Counted from the stretch's first letter, positions 29,268 to 39,694 are shown. The stretch is 64,000 nucleotides of DNA from an uncultured Gammaproteobacteria bacterium (GCA_963729605.1 CAVSNY010000003.1:1-64000); one strand, 5' to 3'. Made by a program: numbers and translations. The notes: generated by a model not told the origin, from the letters alone.

Positions 29268-29571
29268 GGCACGGCAAAGGCAAGAAAAGGCCGCCCATGC
29301 TAGCGGGAATGGTGGGCCGGGGCAAGATTGGCGATCTTGCCCGGGGTCGGCCGTCTCTTGTGTTGGTCCGGGGCGGGGTGATAAATAGGGGAGGGCGGGA
29401 TTTTCGCCGCGAGGGGCGGCGGGTCGCCCGCCGTTAGCGGAAAAGTTGGAATCGGCCGTTAAATTGAGTGTTCGCCGTCGGGTGATGGCTGTTTAATGAT
29501 GTTCCGGCCCGCCTGGAACCCGATGCGTCGTCCCATCCAGAATCCGGCAACGTCGCCATATCGAGAAGCCT

Positions 29572-30066
29572 ATGCATAATGAATCCTTAACGAAAAACCG
29601 GGGGCGGTTTATCCGCGGCTTCGCCGCCACTTGCCTGTTGCTGGTATTGAGCCCGCCCGCCGCGTACGCGGCCATGTATAAATGGGTCGATGCCGACGGC
29701 AAGGTGCAATATTCGCAGACGCCTCCCCCCGAGGGGCAATTCAAGGAACTGAAGCCCGGACCACCCCCTGCGCAACCGGCCGAGGCCCAGAAGGAATTGC
29801 AGGACTTGTTGAAGAAACAAGATGAGGTTCGCACTCAGCGCGATGTCGAGAAAAAGGAAAAGGAGGACAAGGCGGCCGAGCAGTCGCGGCTGGCGGTGAC
29901 CTGCGAGCGGGCGAAAAGGGAACTCGCCCTGCTGGAGAATAATCCCGGCCGGCGGATCGGCGTCACCGGGGACGATGGGCGGATGTCCCGCATGACGGAA
30001 CAAGAGCGTGAAGTGCGTATCGCCGAAGCGCGGAAGATCGTCAGCGAGGCCTGTGTTGAACAATAG
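29572..30066 (+). CDS. DUF4124-domain secreted protein
   Basis: Signal peptide, MYKWVDADGKVQYSQTPP, coiled coil and a Cys pair. Confidence 0.88.
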   Translation: MHNESLTKNRGRFIRGFAATCLLLVLSPPAAYAAMYKWVDADGKVQYSQTPPPEGQFKELKPGPPPAQPAEAQKELQDLLKKQDEVRTQRDVEKKEKEDKAAEQSRLAVTCERAKRELALLENNPGRRIGVTGDDGRMSRMTEQEREVRIAEARKIVSEACVEQ

Positions 30067-30186
30067 TGAGTGGCTCGGCGCGGTTTCAGGACGGATGATG
30101 TCGGTATTGAATGAGCTCGTTGCGCCTTCGTCGCCCCCGGCCTTTGGTAGCGATGGCGTGCGGGCGGGACGCCAAGGATGGTAAAC

Positions 30187-30639
30187 ATGACTATCTGGGT
30201 TGACGCCGACGCCTGTCCCAAGGTCATCAAGGAGATTTTGTTTCGCGCGGCGGAGCGGCGGGGCATCACCACGATTTTGGTCGCCAATAAACCGCTGCGT
30301 TGCCCGTCTTCTCCCCATATCAAAACCCTGCAAGTGGGGGCCGGTTTCGATGTGGCGGACAATGAGATCGTCAAGCAACTGGCGGCGGGAGATCTGGTCA
30401 TCACCGCCGACATTCCCCTCGCGGCGGAAGTGGTTGCCAAAGGCGGTCACGCCCTCAATCCGCGCGGCGAGTTTTATACCCAGCAAAATATCCGCGAGCG
30501 TTTGGCGATGCGGGATTTCATGGCGGAATTGCGCGGCAGCGGGGTGAACACCGGCGGCCCGCCGACCTTCAATCAAAGCGACAGGCTGGCCTTCGCCAAC
30601 CAATTCGACCGGTTTTTGGCCAAACATGCCGGCAACTGA
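30187..30639 (+). CDS. yaiI: YaiI/YqxD (UPF0178) family protein
   Basis: [32 protein letters not shown]. Confidence 0.92.
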   Translation: MTIWVDADACPKVIKEILFRAAERRGITTILVANKPLRCPSSPHIKTLQVGAGFDVADNEIVKQLAAGDLVITADIPLAAEVVAKGGHALNPRGEFYTQQNIRERLAMRDFMAELRGSGVNTGGPPTFNQSDRLAFANQFDRFLAKHAGN

Positions 30640-30713
30640 GGCGTGTATCGTTCGCAAGGCGGCGGCGCGTGCGCCGGTGGTTCGGCGTGATGCCGATAAA
30701 AACAGGAGTGGAC

Positions 30714-31718
30714 ATGAGTAAACATATCGTCGCATGGATTTGCTTATGCTTGGCCGTGGCGGCGGGACCGCTGACGGCGCAGGCCGCGGTGTTCAAGTGC
30801 GCCGATGCCTCGGGCAAGCCGCTTTTTCAAGACCGTCCCTGTGAAGGAAACGCGGCCTTGGCCGCCGCTAAAAATGAGGTCGCGCCCGCCGCCGAGGTCA
30901 GCCAGGCCCGGAATTTATTTTGGAAGGCCGCGGCGCCGGGCGGCACGGTGTATTTGATGGGTTCTATCCATTTCGGCACGCCGGAGATGTATCCGCTGTC
31001 CCCCGCGGTGACGCAGGCCTTCACTCAGTCCACCGCCCTGGTGGTGGAGGCGGATGTGTTGGCGGTTGATCCGCAGCAACTGGCCGCGATCGTGGCGGAT
31101 AAGGCGATGTACCAGGACGGTTCCACTTTGCAAGGCAAGTTGCCACCCGCCTTGTGGCGCCGTTTGACGGAGGTCAGCGCGGGCATGGGTATGCCGGCGC
31201 AGTTGCTCGAACGCCAGAAACCCTGGTTCGCCTCCATGACTATCACCGCCTTGGCCTTGCGGCAAAATGGGTTTAACGAGGAACTGGGTGTCGATTATCA
31301 CTTTCTGAAACTGGCGAACCAGCAGCGGAAACGGGTTATCGAATTGGAGTCGGTTAAACAACAACTGGATTTGTTCGATACCTTTTCCCATCAAGAGCAG
31401 GTGAGGATGCTGGCGCAGACCTTGGACGACATCGCCCGCGGACCTCAATTCTTGCGCGAGCTGCTGACGGCGTGGAAAGGCGGCGACGCGACGCGGCTGG
31501 ACAATTTATTGAACGAGGAATTCCGGACCGACCGGGCCGCGCAGCGGATGTACCGGATATTGATCGTTGACCGCAATGCGCTGATGGCCGGCAAGATCGC
31601 CGATCTGCTGCGGCAGGGCGGCACTTATTTTGTGGTGGTCGGCGCCGCGCACTTGGTGGGCGAGGAAAGCATCGTCAATTTATTGCGTCGCGAAGGCTAC
31701 CGGTTGGAGAAGCTGTGA
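30714..31718 (+). CDS. TraB/GumN-family protein with N-terminal DUF4124
   Basis: AGGAG RBS; signal peptide, VFKCADASGKPLFQDRPC, then YLMGSIH, GVD, LES, DRN and VVGAAHL. Confidence 0.88.
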   Translation: MSKHIVAWICLCLAVAAGPLTAQAAVFKCADASGKPLFQDRPCEGNAALAAAKNEVAPAAEVSQARNLFWKAAAPGGTVYLMGSIHFGTPEMYPLSPAVTQAFTQSTALVVEADVLAVDPQQLAAIVADKAMYQDGSTLQGKLPPALWRRLTEVSAGMGMPAQLLERQKPWFASMTITALALRQNGFNEELGVDYHFLKLANQQRKRVIELESVKQQLDLFDTFSHQEQVRMLAQTLDDIARGPQFLRELLTAWKGGDATRLDNLLNEEFRTDRAAQRMYRILIVDRNALMAGKIADLLRQGGTYFVVVGAAHLVGEESIVNLLRREGYRLEKL

Positions 31719-31862
31719 TCGGATTTTATCCGATCTGGCGCATGAGCCGCCACGAGGATTGCATGGTGATTTTAGCGGGGCGTGGAGTATACTTGGCCGT
31801 CAGCGGCCACTGAAAGTCCGTGCGCGGATATAAGCGTGGTTTCAAGAGGAGGAGGTATCGTC

Positions 31863-32192
31863 GTGGTGAGTGGTGTATCGAAAAATGAGCCGATTCCCGT
31901 CCCCAAGTGGGATGTGGCGCTCGCGGCCCTGATGCGGGAGGAATATCAAAAAACCGGCAATGCGCTGAAGGTGGATGATCTGCGCCGCCTCGCCATGGAA
32001 TACGCCATACGCTTCGATGATATGGTGGTCACCGCCTTTGAGTTGTGTCTGCATGGCCAATGGCAATACCGCGCCGCCAGCGGCGCGGTGCGGGAAATGA
32101 CCCGCGAGATCTTCGACGAGTTGACCTCCGCCGGCCGGCTTAAGGACCGGGATATGGTCGGTTTCGACGGCGGCTGGTCGCCGCTTCAATAA
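31863..32192 (+). CDS. Hypothetical protein
   Basis: Strong GGAGGAGG RBS before a GTG; globular-looking 109 aa in an otherwise empty gap. Confidence 0.75.
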   Translation: MVSGVSKNEPIPVPKWDVALAALMREEYQKTGNALKVDDLRRLAMEYAIRFDDMVVTAFELCLHGQWQYRAASGAVREMTREIFDELTSAGRLKDRDMVGFDGGWSPLQ

Positions 32193-32415
32193 CATCGCTG
32201 AATTGCCGCGAGCTGCAACATGTCTCCGTTCGCGAGGCCGGTGGTCCGCGAAGCTTGCGCCGCCGCGTTTCACGCGCGTTTGAATCCACTTCGTTTGGCA
32301 TGCTGGGTGATGGTGGATGGTGCCGTCGCCGCCGCTGCTTTTCCATTCCCGGGCCCGCTGCCATGCCGCCGGTGATTCGGCTCGCACCGTTCTTCCCGGT
32401 CTTTCTCACGGATTT

Positions 32416-33657
32416 ATGAATATCTCGATTGCGGTTTTATCGGTGGTGTTTGTCCTGATCGCCGCACGCCGGCTGGGGCGCTTCCGCATCAAGATGTGGC
32501 AAACCATGCTGGGCGGCGCGCTGGCGGTATTGCTGACCGGCCAGATTTCTCCCCAGGCCGCGCTGCGGGCGATCGATGTCGATGTGATGGTGTTTCTGTT
32601 CGGCATGTTCATCCTGGGCCAAGCCCTGCTGATGAGCGGTTATTTGTACAGCCTCGCCGACCGGCTGTTCGGTCGTGTCCATTCCAGCGACGGCTTGTTG
32701 TTCGCGATATTGATCGGCGGGGGCCTGGGCGCCGCGCTCTTGATGAATGACACCTTGGCCATCGTGGCGGCCCCGTTGATGATCCGGCTGGCGCAGGCAC
32801 ATCGCCTCAATCCGAAAGTCTTGCTGTTGGCCTTGGCGTTCGCGATCACCATCGGCAGCGTGATGAGCCCGATCGGTAATCCGCAGAATCTGCTGATCGC
32901 GACGCGCGGCGAGATGCCCGACCCGTTCATGACTTTTTTATATGCGCTGGGCGTGCCGACCTTGCTCAATTTATTGCTGGCTTTCGCGGTACTGAGGGTA
33001 TTTTTTCGCCGTGAATTTCACGGTGCCGCCTTGACGCACCAGCCCGCGGATGTGAGCGATCCCGCGCTCGCGCGGCTGGCCCGTCTTTCTCTGCTGGTGA
33101 TCCTGGGGTTGATCGCCGCGAAGATGCTGGTGGTGATGGTCGGCGTCGAGTTTGATTTGCGCCTGAGTTATATCGCCCTGGCGGGGGCCTTGCCCTTGCT
33201 GCTTTTCAGCCGGCGGCGGCTGACCTTGCTCCGGCAGATGGACTGGGGAACCTTGATATTCTTCGCCGCGATGTTCGTGTTGATGGCCAGTGTCTGGCAC
33301 AGCGGGTTTTTCCAGTCGCGGATGGCGGACCTGAATTTGGATCTGCGTGCGCTGCCGATGGTGATGGCGGTGAGCATGGTGCTCAGCCAATTGATTTCCA
33401 ACGTGCCGTTGGTGGCCCTGTATCTGCCCTTGCTCGAACAAGGAGGACCGGCCGTGCCGAGTTTGATGGCCCTCGCCGCCGGCAGCACCATCGCGGGAAA
33501 TCTGCTGATACTCGGAGCCGCGAGCAATGTCATCATCGTCCAACATGCCGAGCGGCATGGGGTACACATAGGATTTTTCGAGTTTGCGCGGGTGGGCGTG
33601 CCGCTGGGCCTGTTGAACGCGGCGGTGTATTGGGCCTACCTGGAATGGTTGTATTAG
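32416..33657 (+). CDS. ArsB/NhaD/CitM (IT superfamily) anion transporter
   Basis: MNDT, IGSVMSPIGNPQNL, ISNVP, STIAGNLLILGAASN; multiple TM helices. Confidence 0.9.
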   Translation: MNISIAVLSVVFVLIAARRLGRFRIKMWQTMLGGALAVLLTGQISPQAALRAIDVDVMVFLFGMFILGQALLMSGYLYSLADRLFGRVHSSDGLLFAILIGGGLGAALLMNDTLAIVAAPLMIRLAQAHRLNPKVLLLALAFAITIGSVMSPIGNPQNLLIATRGEMPDPFMTFLYALGVPTLLNLLLAFAVLRVFFRREFHGAALTHQPADVSDPALARLARLSLLVILGLIAAKMLVVMVGVEFDLRLSYIALAGALPLLLFSRRRLTLLRQMDWGTLIFFAAMFVLMASVWHSGFFQSRMADLNLDLRALPMVMAVSMVLSQLISNVPLVALYLPLLEQGGPAVPSLMALAAGSTIAGNLLILGAASNVIIVQHAERHGVHIGFFEFARVGVPLGLLNAAVYWAYLEWLY

Positions 33658-33732
33658 CGCCCCGCCAAAGACTTGCAAATCCATTCAAACCCCCCATTTA
33701 TAAGAAAGACCGATCAGGAAAGGTGAAATCGG

Positions 33733-34173
33733 ATGAGCGAAGCGCCGCATATCGTTTGCCCCCATTGTTTTGTGACCAATCGGGTCTCCGCCGCGAAACC
33801 GGCCGCCGCCGCGCAATGCGGGCGTTGTAAACGGCGTTTATTCGAGGGCGAACCGGCGACGGTGGACACGGCGCATTTTCAACGGCTGATCGAGCACACG
33901 GATATTCCGGTGGTGGTGGATTTTTGGGCTTCCTGGTGCGGCCCTTGCAAAATGATGGCGCCGATCTTCGCGGAGGCGGCACGCACTTTGGAACCGCGGG
34001 CGCGTCTCGCCAAGGTCAATACGGAGGAGGAAAGCGATTTGGCCGCCCGGTTTGCCATTCGCAGCATACCGAGTCTGTTGATCTTCAAGAAGGGCCAGGA
34101 AGTCGCCCGCCAAAGCGGGGCCATGGACAAAACGTCGTTGTTGCGTTGGGTGCAGCCCTATCTCGCGGGCTGA
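33733..34173 (+). CDS. trxC: Thioredoxin 2
   Basis: N-terminal CxxC...CxxC zinc domain plus WCGPC. Confidence 0.95.
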   Translation: MSEAPHIVCPHCFVTNRVSAAKPAAAAQCGRCKRRLFEGEPATVDTAHFQRLIEHTDIPVVVDFWASWCGPCKMMAPIFAEAARTLEPRARLAKVNTEEESDLAARFAIRSIPSLLIFKKGQEVARQSGAMDKTSLLRWVQPYLAG

Positions 34174-34269
34174 TTGTCGATCGAGCAAATATTTTCAACA
34201 AAAATGATCACTTCTCCCACCTGGCGGTGGAAGTTCCATCTTATCCCGCGGAGCTTTACCTCGCGTAAA

Positions 34270-34410
34270 TCAGCTCAAGCCCGCGTATGAAGTCGCGAAA
34301 TTCGCCATAAACACCGCAAATGAAATAGCGCAAATGACCCCGATGATGGCGGGAATGATGTCCTGCGGGCGATAAAGCTCTTTGATGGTTTTCTGTCTGT
34401 AATGAGACAT
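34270..34410 (-). CDS. Small single-TM protein, 46 aa
   Basis: MSHYRQKTIKELYRPQDIIPAIIGVICAISFAVFMANFATSYAGLS with a G-rich RBS; basic N-terminus and one TM helix. Confidence 0.5.
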   Translation of the reverse strand: MSHYRQKTIKELYRPQDIIPAIIGVICAISFAVFMANFATSYAGLS

Positions 34411-34794
34411 AACGAAGTTTCCCCCATGGTTTTGTAGATCGATATTTTCGTAAGTTGTTGAAAGAAAAATTGATCTCTCCAATAACCGCTGAGTAATCCC
34501 CTCAACAAATTTAAGTGTAGACGGCATTTTCCGTTTGCCAAGGCGCTGGCCCGGGTGAAGTATGTTTTCGCCGGCTGGAGGAGCGGCAACCTCAATCTCT
34601 TGGTTGGGATGACCCCGGTTTTATCGCCTCGGCGCGAGCAAGCCCGTAATTTTTATTGAGAAGAGGACCTTGTCTAGGGAGGGTTCTTGGCCGATCATGT
34701 GCGGCTCATTGTCGCCTTGGTTTGACGGGGTAGACATGATTAGGAAACCGCCACCGGCGGGAATATGGGGATTAATAATTGAGAGTCGGTATTT

Positions 34795-35106
34795 ATGGAT
34801 TTTAATAATGCATCTGTGAAGGCCAAGGCGAATGTGTATCACGGCGGCCGCGTGACCAGCCGTTCCATCGTCACCGCGGAGGGTGAAATGAAAACCCTGG
34901 GCATCATGTTGCCGGGGATTTATCGATTCAATACCGAGGCCCCGGAGGCCATCGACGTGACGCAAGGTCTTTGCCGCGTCAAGGTGGGGGATCAGCAGGA
35001 GTGGCAGGAATACCGCAGCGGCGAGACTTTCCACGTCCCGCCGAACACGCATTTTGAAATCGAAGTGACGGAATTATTGGATTACGTTTGCCACTTCGGC
35101 AAATAG
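34795..35106 (+). CDS. ppnP: Pyrimidine/purine nucleoside phosphorylase (DUF1255)
   Basis: KANVYHGGRVTSRS...KTLGIMLPG.Y.F.T..PE...DYVC. Confidence 0.9.
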   Translation: MDFNNASVKAKANVYHGGRVTSRSIVTAEGEMKTLGIMLPGIYRFNTEAPEAIDVTQGLCRVKVGDQQEWQEYRSGETFHVPPNTHFEIEVTELLDYVCHFGK

Positions 35107-35190
35107 AGGCGCAAGATATTTTGCGGGGTCGATCTCCCGGGAGCGTGAAGGTTTGTCCCCGGGAGATTCAGCTTGCCAATGAAGAGTGGT

Positions 35191-36474
35191 TTAGGCCCCG
35201 TGGATGCCGCTGCGCCAATACATGAAGTTGAAATCTTCGGCGGGGCGGGTGCCCAACGAGACGGTTTCTATCACGGTGTCGTTGCCGCCGTCGAGCACGG
35301 AGACGCTGCCGTCGGTGGGATTGGGCACGAATACCAGGCGATCCTCGCCTTCGCTGTTCAAAAAGGCGATGGAGCGGCGCCCGCAATCGGCGGTGCCGAC
35401 CTGGACCTCTTTGATCAGGCTGAGCTTGGGCAGGGCCGAGCTGTCGAAGATCAGCAGACGATCGAGTTTGGAATTTTCTTTTTGGATACCTTTACCGGTC
35501 GCGGCGGTGGTGACGTAGAGTTTGCTGCCGTCGCTATTGAAGCGATAACAACTCGGGTAAATATCCGGTAGATCCACCAAGCCGGCGATGTCGCCGCCGG
35601 CGGCGTTCATCACGGTCAGTCGGCCGATGATGTGTTCGGCATCGGATTTTCTATCCACGCCCTTACCGATCAGGAAACGCCCATTGGGACTCAGCAGCAG
35701 ATTGCTGCTGAGTTTCATGGGCGCGGTCTTTTCTATTCTATTGCTGGCGGGATCGATGACCGCCACGCTGCCGTAGCCGTTGTTCATGTTGTAGAGTTTT
35801 CCGGTTACGCCGGAAAACACCATGCCGTGGGGATAGGCGTTGTTGGGAAGGCGGTCTTTATGGCCTTCTTCATGGGCGGGTTCGCACAGATTGATGGTGG
35901 TCAATATCTTGAGGTAGGTGCCGGCATCGGCGGGGTCGTTGCCCACCACCGTGATGGACCCTTCCATCAGATTGCTGAGATAGGCCCGGCGTGGCAGCGT
36001 GGCCGCCTGCGGCGACGGTCCCACATAGGTGACGACGTGATGGCCTCGGCCCGCGCAAATGGTCTTGATGGGCGAGCCGGGCAACGCGGTGCCAGCGCTG
36101 TCGATCACCGTGACCGGCGAGCCATTTTCGCCGCAACTGACCGGGTCGATGCCTTTTTCCTTGTCGCCGTCACTGACCATCCAATAAGTGTCGGTGAAAG
36201 GGTCGCGATAGGCATAGGCCGCGATGGCGTCGACGGGCAAAGAGGGTTGCGCGGTGATCCGTTTGCTGACCGGGTCGAGCAGGATGGCCGAACGGTCCGG
36301 CTGGTGCAGGCCGATCAATACCGGTCTTTTGGGTTCTTCCAGCCCGCTGGCGGGGGCCTGGGGAAGGGTGTGAGTCCGAGTGCTGCCGTTTTCGTGTTCG
36401 ATCAAGACCAAGCTGCTGTCGCCCTCGATGCTGAGATGGCACACGCAAGACCAATTTTGGTGTTTATTCGACAT
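35191..36474 (-). CDS. YncE/YVTN-like beta-propeller protein
   Basis: Repeated blades (YLSNLMEGSITVV, YNMNNGYGSVAVID, FVPNPTDGSVSVLD), PHG and GRGHH motifs. Confidence 0.8.
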   Translation of the reverse strand: MSNKHQNWSCVCHLSIEGDSSLVLIEHENGSTRTHTLPQAPASGLEEPKRPVLIGLHQPDRSAILLDPVSKRITAQPSLPVDAIAAYAYRDPFTDTYWMVSDGDKEKGIDPVSCGENGSPVTVIDSAGTALPGSPIKTICAGRGHHVVTYVGPSPQAATLPRRAYLSNLMEGSITVVGNDPADAGTYLKILTTINLCEPAHEEGHKDRLPNNAYPHGMVFSGVTGKLYNMNNGYGSVAVIDPASNRIEKTAPMKLSSNLLLSPNGRFLIGKGVDRKSDAEHIIGRLTVMNAAGGDIAGLVDLPDIYPSCYRFNSDGSKLYVTTAATGKGIQKENSKLDRLLIFDSSALPKLSLIKEVQVGTADCGRRSIAFLNSEGEDRLVFVPNPTDGSVSVLDGGNDTVIETVSLGTRPAEDFNFMYWRSGIHGA

Positions 36475-36563
36475 GTTATTTCACCCTTGGGATGGCCGGC
36501 AAAGCCGACATGATAAACGTATTGCGGGTTTGGATGCTATGCGATCAGCCCGACAAAACGGCG

Positions 36564-37526
36564 CTATTCCCGCTTAGGTTTCTGTTTCCCCGCCGCGATC
36601 AGCCGTTCTCGCAGACTGGCGCCGCTCAACTGGCCGAGCAGGGCGCGCGCGGAAATCGCTTCGTCGCGCGCGATCAAGCCGAGGCCGGCGGCGAGCTGCC
36701 CCACCACCTGTTCCGGCGTGCGGCCCTGCAGGCGGAGCGTGGCCACGCCGCCGTCGCCGTCGCGTTTGGCCAGGCGGCGGCCGAGCGCGTCGGTCATCAA
36801 GGGGACATGCCAGTAGCGCGGTACCGGCAGGTCGAGGGCATTCAGCAATTCCACTTGCCGGGGCGTCGAGTCGAGCAGGTCGGCGCCCCGCACCACGTCG
36901 GTGACGCCCATCAGCGCGTCGTCCACCGCCACCGCCAATTGATAGGCGAACAAGCGGTCGGCGCGCCTTACCACGAAGTCGCCGACATCCACGTCCATGG
37001 TTTGGGTCAGCGGCCCGCTGATTTGGTCGAGCACTTCAACGGTATTGCGGCCGACGCGATAGCGCCACGCCGGTTCCCGATGGCCGGACGGCGTCGCGCC
37101 AGCGTCGAGATGGCGGCAGGTGCCGGGATAGATACCGCCGTTTTCCCGGCCGTGAGGCGCGCTGGCCGCCAGGGCGATGTCTTTGCGGGAACAATAACAG
37201 GGGAACACCCGCTGGGTTTTGCGCAATTGGTGGAAGGCGGTCTCGTACAAGGCACCGCGCTGCGATTGCAGATAGGGGCCGGCGGGCCCGCCGACGTCCG
37301 GTCCTTCGTCCCAGTCCAGGCCGAGCCAGCGCAGGTCTTCAATAATCTGCGCGATGCACTCGGCGCGCGAGCGCGGTTGATCGAGGTCTTCGATCCGCAG
37401 AATAAAGCGTCCTCCCGCCAAGCGGGTTTGTAACCAAGCGATTAAGGCGGTGCGGAGGTTCCCCAAATGCAAGGGACCGGTGGGACTGGGCGCATAACGG
37501 CCCTTGGACGGTGGCGTAACGACCAT
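36564..37526 (-). CDS. gluQ: Glutamyl-Q tRNA(Asp) synthetase
   Basis: RYAPSPTGPLHLGN, LRIEDLD, CYCSR, YPGTC, RGADL, RLAKR; no anticodon-binding domain. Confidence 0.93.
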   Translation of the reverse strand: MVVTPPSKGRYAPSPTGPLHLGNLRTALIAWLQTRLAGGRFILRIEDLDQPRSRAECIAQIIEDLRWLGLDWDEGPDVGGPAGPYLQSQRGALYETAFHQLRKTQRVFPCYCSRKDIALAASAPHGRENGGIYPGTCRHLDAGATPSGHREPAWRYRVGRNTVEVLDQISGPLTQTMDVDVGDFVVRRADRLFAYQLAVAVDDALMGVTDVVRGADLLDSTPRQVELLNALDLPVPRYWHVPLMTDALGRRLAKRDGDGGVATLRLQGRTPEQVVGQLAAGLGLIARDEAISARALLGQLSGASLRERLIAAGKQKPKRE

Positions 37527-37814
37527 GAATTAAAACCTGCTGGACATCGCTTAACGGATTTATCTTATCTATTATATAGATGGAATGCCTTGATTTTCGC
37601 GCAGGGTACGGCTTTCCAAAGATTGTTTGGTGTATTTGTGAATTTTTTCATCTCAACACCTTAAGTGGTCTAGTGGCGGCGTTAACGCGAAGCTCCCTAA
37701 TCAAGAGTATTTCCCGGCCGTTACAGCTAAAGGCGCCGATCATCATTAAGAATGGGGGCGGTCTTATACCAGGTAGTTAGGTGACGGCCCCGATGTAATG
37801 ATGAGAGGTTGACG

Positions 37815-38285
37815 ATGGGACGGACCTTGTTATTGGTGGACGATGAGGAAAACATTATCGCCGCGCTCAGCCGTGTGTTGCGGAGGGAGGCTTATACGAT
37901 CCTCCGTGCCGAAAATGGCATGAAGGGACTCGCGATGCTGGAGCAATCTCCCGTCGGTGTCATTATCTCCGATCAACGCATGCCCGGTATGACAGGCATT
38001 CAATTCCTCAACGAGGCGAGGCGATTGCGTCCTGAAACGGTACGCATCGTCTTGAGCGGCTACACCGATTTCTCGTTTATCACCGAGGCGATCAATCATG
38101 GGGAGATATATAAATTTATCGCCAAGCCCTGGAACGATGAACGGCTCCGCGCCGACTTGCGGAAGGGATTCGAGCGTTATGAAATGAACATGGAACATAA
38201 CCGTCTCGCCCGGGAATTACAAAAGGCCCAGGAAGCATTATCAAGTCTGCGCGGCGGTTTTCATTCGCGCATAGAAGGGAGTTGA
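37815..38285 (+). CDS. Single-domain response regulator with coiled-coil tail
   Basis: LLVDDE, ISDQRMP, KFIAKPW. Confidence 0.9.
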   Translation: MGRTLLLVDDEENIIAALSRVLRREAYTILRAENGMKGLAMLEQSPVGVIISDQRMPGMTGIQFLNEARRLRPETVRIVLSGYTDFSFITEAINHGEIYKFIAKPWNDERLRADLRKGFERYEMNMEHNRLARELQKAQEALSSLRGGFHSRIEGS

Positions 38286-38288
38286 GTC

Positions 38289-39572
38289 ATGTCGGTGTTT
38301 GACGCGAGCCAGATCACGATCCTGTGCGTGGATGACGAGCCTAATATTCTTTCGTCGCTCAAACGGCTGTTCAGATCGGCGGGTTATGGCATCGAGACCG
38401 CCGTCAGCGGCGCGGAAGGATTGAAGATCCTCGAGAGTCGCCCGGTGGATATGGTGATTTCCGATATGCGGATGCCGGAGATGGACGGCGCCGAATTTCT
38501 GGAACGGGTCGTGGAAAAATGGCCGCTGATCACCCGCATCCTGTTGACCGGCCATGCCGACATCGTCTCGACGATCGAGGCCATCAACAAAGGGAGGATT
38601 TACCGGTACGTCAGCAAACCCTGGGAAGAAAACGACCTCAAGCTTACGGTGCGCAGCGGGCTCGAGCAGCGTTTCCTCGAACAAGAACGGCGGCGGCTGG
38701 AGAAAATTACCTATAAACAAAACGAGCAATTGCTCGAGCTCAATTCGAAATTGGAAGAACGCGTCGAACAGCGCACCCAAGAACTTGCGAAGGCTAACGA
38801 GGCCTTGAACGCCAATTACGCCCTGATGGTGAAGGTGTTCGCCAATTTAATCGAGGCGCGCGAACCGGCCTTGGCCGGCCATGCGCGGCGGGTCGCCGAT
38901 ATAAGCAAAAAAGTCGCGTTGCAAATCGGCATGGGTGAAGAAAAGGCGCAGGATGTGTTATACGCTGCACTGTTCCACGATATCGGCAAGATCGGTTTCC
39001 CCGATGAATTGTTCTCCAAGCCCTATGAGACACTCAATAGCCAGGAGTTGGAACGGGTGCGCGCCCATCCGATGATCGGCCAGGGCATTTTGGTCACGAT
39101 GGATCCTTTGCAGGAAGCCGGTTGGATCATCCGTAATCACCATGAGCGTTACGACGGCAACGGTTATCCCGGCGGGCTCAAGGGCGACGACATCCCCCTC
39201 GGCGCGAGAATCTTGGCGATAGTCAGCGATTATGACGCGCTGCAACTGGGCACGCTGGTCAAGGACAAAATGAACGCCGCGCAGGCGCGGCGTTATATCA
39301 GCGAACACGCCGGGAGTTATTATGATCCCGCGCTGATTCCGCATTTTTTCAAGATTTTGGACGCCGAAGAATTAGAGAGTGGAATAAAGCCCGTCATCTT
39401 GACTACCGAGCAACTCGAAACGGGCATGGTGCTGGCCAGGGATCTGGTGGCGAAAGACGGGGTCCTGCTGCTCTCCAAGGGATTCGCCTTGGACGATAAG
39501 ATGATAAAAAAGATCAAGACGTTTGAAAAATTGGTCGGCGTCAAATTGAATGTCCATGTGCGTAAAACTTAA
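38289..39572 (+). CDS. Response regulator with HD-GYP phosphodiesterase domain
   Basis: REC (VDDE, SDMRMP, KPW), coiled coil, HDIGK and HHERYDGNGYP. Confidence 0.93.
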   Translation: MSVFDASQITILCVDDEPNILSSLKRLFRSAGYGIETAVSGAEGLKILESRPVDMVISDMRMPEMDGAEFLERVVEKWPLITRILLTGHADIVSTIEAINKGRIYRYVSKPWEENDLKLTVRSGLEQRFLEQERRRLEKITYKQNEQLLELNSKLEERVEQRTQELAKANEALNANYALMVKVFANLIEAREPALAGHARRVADISKKVALQIGMGEEKAQDVLYAALFHDIGKIGFPDELFSKPYETLNSQELERVRAHPMIGQGILVTMDPLQEAGWIIRNHHERYDGNGYPGGLKGDDIPLGARILAIVSDYDALQLGTLVKDKMNAAQARRYISEHAGSYYDPALIPHFFKILDAEELESGIKPVILTTEQLETGMVLARDLVAKDGVLLLSKGFALDDKMIKKIKTFEKLVGVKLNVHVRKT

Positions 39573-39694
39573 CGGCGGAGGCCGAACCGGGAAAACCGCC
39601 CATTGAGCATCCACTAGAACCGCTTGCAGAGTGATCTCCTACCTTTCACCCTCGATGGATTGTTTTCGGCCTATTTTCCCCGGTCGCCGCAGTT

